A stretch of 64,000 bases of DNA, taken from IMG/VR virus record IMGVR_UViG_3300025084_003379, positions 11,124 to 75,123 of that record; one strand, 5' to 3'. Position numbers and translations under genes: made by a program. Source of the DNA: a virus. Its lineage: Duplodnaviria; Caudoviricetes. This document shows positions 30,101-40,152 of the stretch, one piece after another. Under the pieces are notes generated by a model, which searched no databases, had not been told where the DNA came from, and saw nothing but the letters and a program-made list of their open reading frames with translations. The stretch's first letter is position 1. Each line of letters begins with the position of its first letter.

Positions 30101-31084
30101 CCTTTTACTACTAGCGGTTATGTAGCAGGTAATGATGATGTAATTGATGTACATACTGAACACCCATATGTTAAAAGTTATGCTGCATTTAGATCAAATT
30201 ATATTTTACAAACAGGTGATACCTTAGGTGGTGTTAATGCAACTTTACCGGAAGTGCAGGTAGGTGCTATTGATTGTACTAGTGCATCTGCAACATCTGG
30301 TGCAGGAACCGCTAATGTTTTATTTAGACAATCAAAGTTTATACCTTTGCAATCAGATGAAAGCTATGGTAAACAACAATCAATATATTTAAATGAAAAT
30401 GCAGTAGATCTTATTGCATTAGGTTTAACTGAACCTGTTACTTTTAATGATGCTAATAATACATCACTAGCCGCTAGCCCATCATTAGTAGCCGTACCTA
30501 ATTTATCTAATGCTACATTAAATCCAGATCTTACTAATGGTGGTGATGGGTATGAAAGAAATGTAAAAACTGCATTTGATAGTTTTGACCAATATTTATT
30601 AGGTAAGCAATCATGTGGTTCTTATTTATTTGTATCGACCGATACCCATCAAAATATTCAAGTAGATGGAGACTCGGTTCAATCTGAAGAGGTTGTACAA
30701 TTTGGTCAGCAAAATTCTATTAATATACCTTTAGTATTTCAGTATAGAATGACAGACTATTTTGGTACAGGAGCTGGTTCATCTGGAGGTATAGGTAATA
30801 TTGCAGGTGATTCTACTGGAGCTACTGTAAACGTAACATACACCAAGAAGCTTGGTTTCGATTTATACCCTAATAATCAAAGTGTATTCCAGTATGACAT
30901 TGAGGTTTTTGCTAAATACAGATCGGATAATTTAAATATAGATGTATTCCCATCGCAGACAGTAACTAAAGGATTAAACGATTTAGAAAAAGTAGTAGCA
31001 GGATTAAACCCTTCAGTAAATCAAACAAGAGTTTCTAGGATACAACTTGCTAATGTTAACGGTGGTGCTGGACCAATAGGTTAA
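27191..31084 (+). CDS. Large virion structural protein
   Basis: 1297 aa, beta-rich with a coiled-coil segment, preceded by AAATAAATAA. Confidence 0.6.
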   Translation: MAENNSISTLLPELLRLFNNSLESFEKVNQAITSSNESVTINIQNDNGTNSRVTIPSFGFLKNSIDRLDNNLNTITNVNGSNSSIRLSDGTFRKLVLAQLPVEASDLSSINTVERFNVKPNWFFEELINPLLYVSFDLTGQVPIDTERAIIRRYILNTNTQSKINYFNSNYEGRSDINYTTFLQQIVERNISYVLDEAVVDLPPRSKRYTGNFSVLRISDATVTEEVNGVTVVSQKKQYKLNKIFYTDSEANFGDTIQLAVGDSLEVISDPISTRYKVTKLDSSTNTVILELVEGSDPVLIGSDMLKIASSVEDNVQVDVTVGFNERCVTFVKPIDPNSKIPSVNWSPGSSFYTNTLTTINAAGSSQTLAEYYQQSAIDFGSMLLSFADDKIPTTREGIKPNSPTINTEDFGVKLINAQVSDSPAIIELTDLNNQKNTIESTLKELDVAIQQSRTKIQTTNYSTEVERDADKNALQGLITERSSQAELYSSVVKEIDAKAKDNSVSSIAPKYRVRGFWSMPLEKSTPATGPQSIVKFKIRYRYLSNDGVANPVNQFEFQDGSGTSQGAFSNYSIIESTLRPRVKNSLTGVYQWVPIDSDNAESVNINQLDIPIRKGEQVEVQVKSISEAGWPSNPLESDWSIAAIIPFPADLSSDNATEAIINQNQQDLAKVSLEQDLNELGIQEHLSSSFTANETYYAHSSPVIASGFLSENQTPIDLFTKLTEMQNQLDLFSEILQSAQGELQTTLVDDQGNVTNLNRNATTSIFAGFYSQEVANLDDPRGAIISKTFFINIANTAQTGLRLIARIAGNRTRMVKQSENPPISPYLTNADVTNGATILPATYSWLDNSSINQSSGINTYTADDADYNTIRKYDLTPILLTNPATSNSWRFGQDVSIAPYQSAQNKNQFLYSRFSDVSSEDNFYSYRNPDGDFIVNLDQAENFYGRNASSNTALATDFFWGGGFDATGAPFTTSGYVAGNDDVIDVHTEHPYVKSYAAFRSNYILQTGDTLGGVNATLPEVQVGAIDCTSASATSGAGTANVLFRQSKFIPLQSDESYGKQQSIYLNENAVDLIALGLTEPVTFNDANNTSLAASPSLVAVPNLSNATLNPDLTNGGDGYERNVKTAFDSFDQYLLGKQSCGSYLFVSTDTHQNIQVDGDSVQSEEVVQFGQQNSINIPLVFQYRMTDYFGTGAGSSGGIGNIAGDSTGATVNVTYTKKLGFDLYPNNQSVFQYDIEVFAKYRSDNLNIDVFPSQTVTKGLNDLEKVVAGLNPSVNQTRVSRIQLANVNGGAGPIG

Positions 31085-31101
31085 TAACATTCTTAATTTA
31101 T

Positions 31102-31146
31102 TTTATCTTTATCTTTGGTGAATAAATAAAAAAAGAGAAAGATAAA
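31102..31146 (+). promoter_or_regulatory. 15-bp hairpin (1 mismatch) with GAATAAATA in the loop; 3' arm includes the A of ATG 31146
   Basis: TTTATCTTTATCTTT (31102-31116) pairs with AAAGAGAAAGATAAA (31132-31146). Confidence 0.65.
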
Positions 31147-34100
31147 TGGCTGAAAAACTTTTAGACAAGGCTTCTTATGGTATAATTAGAACAAATCCTA
31201 AATTAACAGGTAATGTTAAGATAGTTAGTAATGGTGATAACATATACTTAGAATCTTTTAGTGCAAATACTCAGCTAGCTTCATCTACATTTAAAGCGTT
31301 TAAAGTAAGTGGTGATGATACTTATGATAGAGATGTTTTTAAATTTTTTCAAGGTGGTAAATTTCCAAAAGACTTAGCATATGAAGTATTTCAAGAATTT
31401 CAAGATATATCAGTTCTTTCACAATACCAAAACCAGTATGAAATGTTTTATTCTGCTGGTACAAGGTCAGTTGCCTCAGAAGCATATTCTGAAAACTTAG
31501 GGATGTTATCACCGCTTTGGTTAAATGAACAGATTCCTAATAATTTTGTAATATTTAGAATAGACAACCCAGCAGCGGTAAACAATATAAATGAATCTTT
31601 AGAAAATACTAATTATTTAGACGCACAAACATCTACTGCATTTACAAAAAATGTTCTTGAGAATTGCACTGCAATCAAAACATTTGATTTAAGCAGTAAT
31701 AGTTTATTGGGTTCCTATATAAGAAACTACAGAAACCAAGAATCTTTTCCAGAAACACCTTTAAATATTTCATGGAGAAATGACGAACCTTTACAGTGGG
31801 CAGGTATTAATTATGCAAAGGGCGGATTTACAGCAAATGGTAGTTTTGCATATAATGATTTAATAACAAAGGATGCTACAATAATACAAAATGAGTCCTT
31901 CTTTACTGAAGGATTTCAGAGAAACGGTGTACTATTGGCTAACTTAGTAAATTTAGAATTTTTGTTTTCTGATGCAGATGCTCCTGATTATTCTATTAAT
32001 CGCTATTTTGGTTTATATGTAAACGAAATAGAAGAAGGGTTGTTTGATATATCAGGTGAAGGTTTTTATAAAAATACAGAAAAAACTCAGTTACCTAAAA
32101 TTAAAACAATAACTGAAGTATCCGAGCAACTTAATACACCGTTTGAAATGACAAACACTAACGGTATGCTTATTTATTTAGATCCTGCCAAAACTACAAC
32201 TATTACAGGGTTACCTACACCACAGAGGGTGAATGAAGTAGAATCAATATTTTATATTAAGGATAAGAATAATAGTTTCCATACAGTTAAAAAAGGCTCG
32301 TTATGGGGTAATAACGAAATAAGAATTTTTGACACTAAAATTGACATTTCAGTTCTTGCTGGATTTAAATACCCTGATACCTATGCTAATGCACAAATCT
32401 TACCACAGCAGGGTAAAGCCACATGTAAGTTTGATATATTAGATGAATTAACTGATGGGTTTAGAATTACCTTTTATGATGGTATTAATGAAGTAGGCCA
32501 AATAGGTGCTAGTTCAATAGAGGTACCTGAACCAGGCAAGAGTAAGTTTCAATTTTTTAATCCTAACGGTACACCCGAAGAAATTGCTAAAGCTATTACA
32601 TCTGCTATCAATATTGGTATACCTCTAGAATCTAGATTTTTTGAAGCTTCTTATAACAACGGTACTGTTTTTGTTCAATCAAGATTTGCTGGAGATAGAT
32701 TTAATAGACTAAGCTTTAAGATGGATTTTGTAGATTATCCATTAATGGTAAACTCAATTTTAACATATCCTTTATCGTCAGTAGCAGAAGACACTAAAAA
32801 CTTTGTAGGAGGAAATGATGTAAAAGGATCTTTACTTAAAGTTACAAACGGTGATCAGAATAGATTCATAAAAGGTAATTGGATACAATCTAAAGATGGG
32901 TTTGCTCAAATTGGTGATTGGGTACCTTATCTGGATAATCCTATAAGAAACAAAGTTGGTAAAATTATAGGCTATGAAGGTGTAGACGAAAATGTAATAA
33001 TAACACTTAATGACGATCAAATAAATATTACCCGCAGTGGTCAGGTTGCACTATATTCTGATTATAGATCATCGTTCGGTAGATTTTCAATATTTCCTAT
33101 TAAAGATTTTGATTATGATTTTTATAGTACTATGTATAGTAAATTAGGTGAACTTAATTTCGAGTTTATGAATTATAATCAAACAAGTGATGATGGTGTT
33201 TATACTAACGTTAGTGCTAACCCGGAAATTAGAGCATTTTATGATGATGGTGGTTTTGCTAGGTTAATAGGATTGTTAAAAGACGCATCACCTGACGAAA
33301 CTTTTGATACTGTTATAAAATCCGAATACGATAGGCTTGAGGAAAATTACCTAATACAACAAGCAACAGCTTCTAGGATCATTCCTTACATAAATAAATG
33401 GTCTTGGGTAAATGATGGTAAAAATGTTAGAAATTTACCGTATAGCTTGAATGTCAATGAGGCATTTGGCCAAAATAATTTTGCACCATCTAAATGGGAA
33501 GTAGGCCAAATAGCACAAGGGTTTACTCATGAGTGGTATTACTTATGTGAATTTCCTGAATATTTTGGTAATGAAGCAATTAAGAGCTCTTGGAGTTATA
33601 TTGATTATGCACCATCTGATACTATTGAAGCTAATCCTATAACAGGAGCTGTTTATACACCAGGTACTTTTCAAAAAGTTAATAAAGATTATTTTAATGA
33701 TTATTTTATTATTGATAAATTTGTTACGGGTGGAGTTATTAATTTAATAGATAGACAACTTAGATATGGTAGATTTAGCGGTGGGGATGAAAAGAATTTT
33801 TCAGAAGCCTTTTTAAGAGGTGTTAGAGTTATAGCAAAATCAAAAGCTAATCCTAAAGATAAACCTAACTTTAATGCTAGGTCATTAAAATATCTCACTG
33901 ATGGTAGTTTTAATGATTATAGATTTTCTGTAATGCTTATACCTAACGCACCAGATAAACCTACTACACAAATAAAATTTGTAAAAAATGAAAAGTGGAA
34001 GACTGTTGTAATGATGATCTTTTTAACTTTAGATAATGCATGTTTTAATAACGGTGAACAAATTATTGATAGAACTGCGTTATATTCTTTAAGAAATGAA

Positions 34101-35759
34101 TATGTAACACAAAGCACACCTCCGCTAACTAATGAATGTAAACCTGAAATAGATGCAGTAACAAATGAATATATTTATACAAAGGGTTTTTTAAATGGGG
34201 CCATTGCTTTAAATGCTGCGCAGTTTGAACCTAGTATTAATGCATATCTTATAAAAGGTATTCCTGATATAAATGGTAATGCTACTAGATTTTTAACTGA
34301 CATTAGGAGAGGTAGCGATGGTTTATTTAACACGATACAATTTACAATAGGAGTAGACCAATTTCAAATAAGTGATATAGTAAGAGTAGTATCTAACACT
34401 GAATTTTATGCATCTACTCTAACAAAAAATGGCGTGCAGTATTTCCCTGGTGGTGGTATACCAACAACATCATCTTTAGTACAAACTTCATATACTACTC
34501 TTGGTGGTGGGTTTGATGCTTATTCTACTAGATTAACCGATGTTGGTTCTGCTACACTTTTTAATAATGTTAATTTAGGAGATCCATCTATAATTTATGA
34601 AACTATTGATAAAGACGGTAATCGTATATTGGATTCTGATGGAAACATTGCACAAACGTTTGCTATTGAATTAAGGTCACAAGAGGATATTTTAAAATCT
34701 GTTTATATTGGGGCATTACCTGATCCTGCTAAACCTACTGTATTTAACTTAACGGATATTATTGGTTATGGTCTTTCGCTACAAACAAAACCTAGGATAA
34801 CCCCAATAGGAAGGCATGCAGGTTATTATCAACCAACTGCGCTAGATATTTTATATTTTAGAGACCCTTATCTTAATGTTGATTTTAGTCCACCTATACC
34901 AGAAGATGCTATATATAAAGAGAAAGTATTAGAACTATGTAGATATACAAACACTCAATTTAATTCTAGTGATGTTAGTAACTTTGGGCAAATAAAGAAT
35001 TTATTTTATCATAAAGTTAATGAAGAAGATCCGTCTACTGTATTAGAGCTTTCTATTGACAGTGCATTCTTAAGTTTATACCCTTTAATTAATGAAGTAG
35101 GAATTGCTAACAGAAACTTTTACGCATTTGCGTCGAACTGGGAGCCGTCTTACTTTAGGAAGAGTATAGATAAATCTCAAGTAGAATCTGTTATTGGTAC
35201 CAGAGCAATGACAGAAAAGAAATCATTTTTTGGTTCTAAATATTTAAAAGTACCTGAGCAAATTGAGTTAGAAACATTTGAATACTCACCATTCGTAAAA
35301 GGTGCTATAAACCAGCCTTCATTAATAGAAGGTACATTTATGACTAGTGAAAATGATACATCAATTAAATTTTTTAATTTTATACAGAAAAGATTAATTG
35401 AATTTTTATTTAACCCTATTAAAGAACAGTTTGTAAAATACATAAAGCCTGAATTTAGTTTCGGTAATTTAGATACTATTGACGATGATGTAATAAGATA
35501 TATTACTCAAAATATACTACAATTATATAAAGTAGGTAATATAGATTTTTATGTAAAAAGCACAAGGGATAACAGCCCTATTGATTATTCTACTGCATCA
35601 TTAACAAACGTAGAAAAGTCCGCTGCTGGATTAAGTATAAACACAGCGGTTGGGTCAAGATTAATAAATAATAATCCATTTGATCTTAGCCTAATATATA
35701 ACAAAAGGACAGGTTTTACTGAATCGTTTGGATTTAGTGTTACTATAGTTAAAAAATAA
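31146..35759 (+). CDS. Large virion structural protein
   Basis: 1537-aa ORF in the structural cluster. No catalytic motif recognised. Confidence 0.6.
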   Translation: MAEKLLDKASYGIIRTNPKLTGNVKIVSNGDNIYLESFSANTQLASSTFKAFKVSGDDTYDRDVFKFFQGGKFPKDLAYEVFQEFQDISVLSQYQNQYEMFYSAGTRSVASEAYSENLGMLSPLWLNEQIPNNFVIFRIDNPAAVNNINESLENTNYLDAQTSTAFTKNVLENCTAIKTFDLSSNSLLGSYIRNYRNQESFPETPLNISWRNDEPLQWAGINYAKGGFTANGSFAYNDLITKDATIIQNESFFTEGFQRNGVLLANLVNLEFLFSDADAPDYSINRYFGLYVNEIEEGLFDISGEGFYKNTEKTQLPKIKTITEVSEQLNTPFEMTNTNGMLIYLDPAKTTTITGLPTPQRVNEVESIFYIKDKNNSFHTVKKGSLWGNNEIRIFDTKIDISVLAGFKYPDTYANAQILPQQGKATCKFDILDELTDGFRITFYDGINEVGQIGASSIEVPEPGKSKFQFFNPNGTPEEIAKAITSAINIGIPLESRFFEASYNNGTVFVQSRFAGDRFNRLSFKMDFVDYPLMVNSILTYPLSSVAEDTKNFVGGNDVKGSLLKVTNGDQNRFIKGNWIQSKDGFAQIGDWVPYLDNPIRNKVGKIIGYEGVDENVIITLNDDQINITRSGQVALYSDYRSSFGRFSIFPIKDFDYDFYSTMYSKLGELNFEFMNYNQTSDDGVYTNVSANPEIRAFYDDGGFARLIGLLKDASPDETFDTVIKSEYDRLEENYLIQQATASRIIPYINKWSWVNDGKNVRNLPYSLNVNEAFGQNNFAPSKWEVGQIAQGFTHEWYYLCEFPEYFGNEAIKSSWSYIDYAPSDTIEANPITGAVYTPGTFQKVNKDYFNDYFIIDKFVTGGVINLIDRQLRYGRFSGGDEKNFSEAFLRGVRVIAKSKANPKDKPNFNARSLKYLTDGSFNDYRFSVMLIPNAPDKPTTQIKFVKNEKWKTVVMMIFLTLDNACFNNGEQIIDRTALYSLRNEYVTQSTPPLTNECKPEIDAVTNEYIYTKGFLNGAIALNAAQFEPSINAYLIKGIPDINGNATRFLTDIRRGSDGLFNTIQFTIGVDQFQISDIVRVVSNTEFYASTLTKNGVQYFPGGGIPTTSSLVQTSYTTLGGGFDAYSTRLTDVGSATLFNNVNLGDPSIIYETIDKDGNRILDSDGNIAQTFAIELRSQEDILKSVYIGALPDPAKPTVFNLTDIIGYGLSLQTKPRITPIGRHAGYYQPTALDILYFRDPYLNVDFSPPIPEDAIYKEKVLELCRYTNTQFNSSDVSNFGQIKNLFYHKVNEEDPSTVLELSIDSAFLSLYPLINEVGIANRNFYAFASNWEPSYFRKSIDKSQVESVIGTRAMTEKKSFFGSKYLKVPEQIELETFEYSPFVKGAINQPSLIEGTFMTSENDTSIKFFNFIQKRLIEFLFNPIKEQFVKYIKPEFSFGNLDTIDDDVIRYITQNILQLYKVGNIDFYVKSTRDNSPIDYSTASLTNVEKSAAGLSINTAVGSRLINNNPFDLSLIYNKRTGFTESFGFSVTIVKK

Positions 35760-35766
35760 GAATACG

Positions 35767-38700
35767 ATGGCAATTACCATACAAGAAATATTAGCCTCAG
35801 ATACTATTTCTCAATTCGTTGATAAAGTAAATTTTAATTTTGATCAACTTATTTTAAATGGAGGAGGGGCACCTGGTCCATTTGGGCCACAAGGTTTACC
35901 TGGTCCTATTGGTGGGCGTGGTGAAAGAGGAACTGAATGGTATCAAGACCTTACAGTTAGCCCAGGAACTGATCCTAATACGATTATTGTTTCACCTAAT
36001 TTATTAGATAATGATTTTTACTTACAAGCCAATGGTCAAGTATGGGAATATGATGGCGTTAATTGGGGCATTACAAATACTAACTTAACTGGTCCACAAG
36101 GACCTGCTGGTGTATCCATTGGATGGGATTCATTTGGTAATAATCCACTAGGTACTTATGTACAAGCATATCAAAATGCTTTGTACCCTGCAATAATTGG
36201 TGGTACATCAGGTGCTACATCAGGAAATGGTGGATTATCATCGGTAGTAATAGGTGCTATTTCACCGACCGATATTGCTTTTGGTCAAGCTGGGTTTAAT
36301 GCCAAGTTTAATTTAAGTACTGATATGGCTGGTAATGTTGATACTACGGTAATGTCAATGTTAGTACATCAACAAGATAGTGGTGTAAGCGCAATCAAGT
36401 TCATGGGTGGTGAAACTGGTATAGGTGACAACTTTGAACAAGACGATCCAACTTTATTAGCAGGAATTCAATTAGCGCCAGATGATTCATTACTTCTAAC
36501 TACAAGAAAAACTGCTACTGCTCCAGGAAGTATTACTGACACTTACGGTATAAAATTAAACGCATCAGAACGAGGATTAAATCTGAGAGCTGGTTTGTCG
36601 ATTGATTTAACAACAGGTGTTAAAGGTGGTGGTACTAGTATCGGTGGTGGAATTGAAACATCGGATTTAAATATTGAATTGAACACAATGGCAGGTGGTA
36701 ACGGTGCTAAATTAAATTTTGTTAGTATTGGGGCAGGTGCTGCTAATCGAATACAGAGTGGTGGTAATATTTTGTTACCAGGTGCGATTTCAGGAATTTA
36801 TGATGGTATTACTTTAATAGAGTCGAGTATAATCCAAGTCGATGCAACTGAATTTATATTATTACGATCTAATCTAAATGCAACAATTAAGAGTGAGGGT
36901 GCATTAATTAGATTAATAGGCGATGACGGCGCATATCTTAATGGTGGTGGTGCCGGAGGGGTAGTAATTGGAAATGATTATGATGGTGTAAATACAACCG
37001 GCGCATTAATTTCTACGCTAACTAATGATCAATTAGGTGTAACAATAGCAGCAGGTTATGGAGCTGTATATAATCCATTGTCTACATACCAAACCGCAAA
37101 GGCTATTAACTTGGTTACCGATAGTAGTAGTGGTATGGGCGCAGGTAATATAAATCTTAATGCATTAAATCCTGGCTTAGGAGGTGGTATTGATATAGAT
37201 TCTGGTGCAAATGGATCTGGGTACTTATCTCTTCGTAGCAAAGGACAAGATTTATCATTATCAACAGGACCTGATTCTGGAGGACTTGGTGGTAATATTA
37301 AAATATCAGTAGATACAGGAACTGCAGTAGAACCAACCCCAGTTATAACTATAGCTTCTACTAGCTCTAGTGGTCTAGTACCTAAAACAGCATACTTTGG
37401 CTATCCTAGCTATATAAGCAATAATTTTGATAAACCTGCTATAGTAATTAGTGCATCTGATGGGCCTACGGGTGGTAGTGGTTCTAATAATCCTACAATA
37501 AGATTAGGTCTTTTAGGTGCTGAAGTAGGCACAGGTTCTGACCCATGGAAGCGATTCCCAGGTGGTGCAATGATAAAAGGTCCTTATGCGCCGGTTTCTA
37601 CCGTCGGTCCTGCAATAAACATTGAACAAGAACCTGAGAGTGTATTACATATAAATGGTGGTACTACTGCAAGCGGTGCTTATGCTGGAGGAGTATGGAT
37701 ATACTCACCAGACAACGCATCTGCCACGATGCCAAATCTCCCATTCCCGAACATAGCTCCTATGAAGTCATCTGTAAGAATATGGGGTACTGCTGATACA
37801 GTAAGCACTAGAATTAGTAACGCAGGAGAGACTAGTAGTGGTGTAACTATTGGTTTAAACCAAGACGAATTTGGTGCATCTGCTAACAAAGGTGGAAATA
37901 ATGTAAGCGGTACAACTCATTTATATGGTATTGGTTATAATAGAGGAAACTTTAATTCGACAGGAGGTACTGGAAGCGCACTCGTTGCAGGGCTTACTCT
38001 TAACCAAGGCTTAACTCTAACAAAGACTTCAGCTTTCCAGAACTGGCCGCAAAGCCCGGTACCTGACGGTCCTTATGGTGGTGTTAATGTAGGAGATCAA
38101 TATAGACATAGACAAACGTTTAAGGTTTGGGGTGATTATGTAGGAGATCATTATATCTCCAAGTTTGGTGGTGCATATAGCGGCCCTACTATCCAAGAAC
38201 AGACATTTATGAGTGGCTCACAGGGGTGGTCAAGTACTGTTGACTTATACCAAAATGCAGATATTCAACCTAGTGTAGCTGCATGGACTACCGCTGGTCT
38301 AACGCCTAAGATTCCAGTTGGCTTTCAATATAGATATCAATGGATGAGGGTTGGTAGAGTTGTAACAGGTAGTGGTTTGATTAGATTTATAACTAATCGA
38401 TCACCTTTAGCACCGAACGGTGAATCAAGTACTTCAAATACATCTATAGATCTTTATCCTTATTGGAGTTCTCTTTTTAGTACAAGTGATTATAGTTCAT
38501 TAAGTGGATCCACTAGCCCAGCTGGATTGGATTTACCTATCGCAAATGTATTCATAGGACCGATACCTCTTCCTATGCAAGTAAGTGGTGCAGGTAATTC
38601 TACGGATAGCAGCCTAGTAACAGGTACTCTGTATGGAGCTGTAAGTAACGTTAATATATCAGGTATTGCTACCGGTCTCATCAATAGTGATGGCCATGGT

Positions 38701-39105
38701 GGTCCACGAGGTGGTGGTCAAGCTATTAAAAATGCAATTAACCAATCAGGTGGTGGTTTCAGTACTAATGGTACAGGAACTAGTTACGGTAAATTACCTT
38801 GGATGGCTACAAATATTACTGTCGGTAGCACAGTTCCAGTCGCGCAAACATCAGGTGAAGTACAGGGTGGATCTCAAACTGACCCAGCAGCAGCACATGA
38901 TACTAATGGAAGTGGTACTCATATGTGGATTAACCTTCATTCAAACCCAGCTAATACTAGACTAGTAGTTGATACTGATGGTAATAATGGAACAGCATTA
39001 GGCCCAATTAACAATAATGCACCATCAGCCCCTGAAGGAAGTAGAAATGCCATATATCAATCTTATCATAGATTTACGTTTACATATGAAATAGCTAACC
39101 CTTAA
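35767..39105 (+). CDS. Gly-rich tail fibre protein with short Gly-Pro-X collagen segments
   Basis: Anchor motif ITIQEILASDTISQFVDKVNFNF, then GAPGPFGPQGLPGPIGGRGERG and a long Gly/Ser/Thr-rich beta region. Confidence 0.7.
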   Translation: MAITIQEILASDTISQFVDKVNFNFDQLILNGGGAPGPFGPQGLPGPIGGRGERGTEWYQDLTVSPGTDPNTIIVSPNLLDNDFYLQANGQVWEYDGVNWGITNTNLTGPQGPAGVSIGWDSFGNNPLGTYVQAYQNALYPAIIGGTSGATSGNGGLSSVVIGAISPTDIAFGQAGFNAKFNLSTDMAGNVDTTVMSMLVHQQDSGVSAIKFMGGETGIGDNFEQDDPTLLAGIQLAPDDSLLLTTRKTATAPGSITDTYGIKLNASERGLNLRAGLSIDLTTGVKGGGTSIGGGIETSDLNIELNTMAGGNGAKLNFVSIGAGAANRIQSGGNILLPGAISGIYDGITLIESSIIQVDATEFILLRSNLNATIKSEGALIRLIGDDGAYLNGGGAGGVVIGNDYDGVNTTGALISTLTNDQLGVTIAAGYGAVYNPLSTYQTAKAINLVTDSSSGMGAGNINLNALNPGLGGGIDIDSGANGSGYLSLRSKGQDLSLSTGPDSGGLGGNIKISVDTGTAVEPTPVITIASTSSSGLVPKTAYFGYPSYISNNFDKPAIVISASDGPTGGSGSNNPTIRLGLLGAEVGTGSDPWKRFPGGAMIKGPYAPVSTVGPAINIEQEPESVLHINGGTTASGAYAGGVWIYSPDNASATMPNLPFPNIAPMKSSVRIWGTADTVSTRISNAGETSSGVTIGLNQDEFGASANKGGNNVSGTTHLYGIGYNRGNFNSTGGTGSALVAGLTLNQGLTLTKTSAFQNWPQSPVPDGPYGGVNVGDQYRHRQTFKVWGDYVGDHYISKFGGAYSGPTIQEQTFMSGSQGWSSTVDLYQNADIQPSVAAWTTAGLTPKIPVGFQYRYQWMRVGRVVTGSGLIRFITNRSPLAPNGESSTSNTSIDLYPYWSSLFSTSDYSSLSGSTSPAGLDLPIANVFIGPIPLPMQVSGAGNSTDSSLVTGTLYGAVSNVNISGIATGLINSDGHGGPRGGGQAIKNAINQSGGGFSTNGTGTSYGKLPWMATNITVGSTVPVAQTSGEVQGGSQTDPAAAHDTNGSGTHMWINLHSNPANTRLVVDTDGNNGTALGPINNNAPSAPEGSRNAIYQSYHRFTFTYEIANP

Positions 39106-39117
39106 TATTAATTAAAA

Positions 39118-39360
39118 ATGACAAAGAAAGAAACTAAAGAATTAATAAATTTTGTAGATAGATATAAGGAAATAGAAACTTCGATCGATCTAATGCAAAA
39201 AAGTATCCAAAGTCTAGCAGAGAAAAGAGATAATCTTTTTGATGAATTAGAGGACATGAAAACTAATGAAAAAAAGTTTATGGATAAATTAATAAAGAAA
39301 TATGGAGAGAGTGAAGTTACTCCTTATAAATTATTACAAGTATACGAAAACAGCATATGA
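39118..39360 (+). CDS. Small coiled-coil protein
   Basis: 80 aa with an ATGA overlap to the next gene. Confidence 0.65.
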   Translation: MTKKETKELINFVDRYKEIETSIDLMQKSIQSLAEKRDNLFDELEDMKTNEKKFMDKLIKKYGESEVTPYKLLQVYENSI

Positions 39361-40139
39361 TAATATTAAGAAATATATTAGCTATAATAACTGACCCTAA
39401 AAATACAAGGATGTTTTTATTAGGTGGTATTGTAGTGTTATGTATTTTGCTGTTAAGACAGTGCCAAGCTACTGATGATGCAAAGAATGAAGTTTACCGA
39501 GTTGAAAATAATTGGAAAGCATCACTAGACACAATTGAAAATTATATTGATGCTAACGGTAATGCGGTAGCTGAGATAATGGCTTTAAATTTATCGATAG
39601 AAGAAATTGAAAATGAATTAGAATTTGAAAAAGGAAAACCGCCAATAACTATAATTAAAACCGAGACTGTTATTAAAGAGGTTATTGTAGAAGTACCTGT
39701 GTTTATACTCGATACTGTTATAAATACGGTGATTGGTGATTTTAATTCAGCTTTAACATTTTCAGATAAAAAAGAATGGGGTAAAAGTTCTAGAACGATT
39801 GATGCTATAATACCTTATGAAACTTCCGATAGTCTTATATCGTTTGGTAATGCTAGTATAGGACTAGAACAAAATATATTTTTAACTGCATCATTAATTA
39901 AAGATACTAAATCAAAAGAATTATTTGTAAATCTTTTAACCGATTATCCTGGAACTACATTTAATAGTGCTGAAGGAATATTAATTGACCAAAAGAGTAA
40001 AGCGTTTAAAAGTTTACAATATGAAAATAGAAAAACATTAGGCTTAGGTTTACAGTTAGGTGTTGGTTTAAGCGGTGAGCAGATAAGCCCATATGTAGGC
40101 ATTGGTTTAAATTATACACCAAAGTTTTTACAATGGTAA
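39357..40139 (+). CDS. Membrane-anchored protein, candidate spanin-like/lysis accessory
   Basis: Hydrophobic N-terminal helix ending LLLRQC, coiled region, and C-terminal alternating beta-hairpin LGLGLQLGVG...PYVGIGLNY...W. Confidence 0.45.
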   Translation: MIILRNILAIITDPKNTRMFLLGGIVVLCILLLRQCQATDDAKNEVYRVENNWKASLDTIENYIDANGNAVAEIMALNLSIEEIENELEFEKGKPPITIIKTETVIKEVIVEVPVFILDTVINTVIGDFNSALTFSDKKEWGKSSRTIDAIIPYETSDSLISFGNASIGLEQNIFLTASLIKDTKSKELFVNLLTDYPGTTFNSAEGILIDQKSKAFKSLQYENRKTLGLGLQLGVGLSGEQISPYVGIGLNYTPKFLQW

Positions 40140-40152
40140 ATAAATAAAAGGA

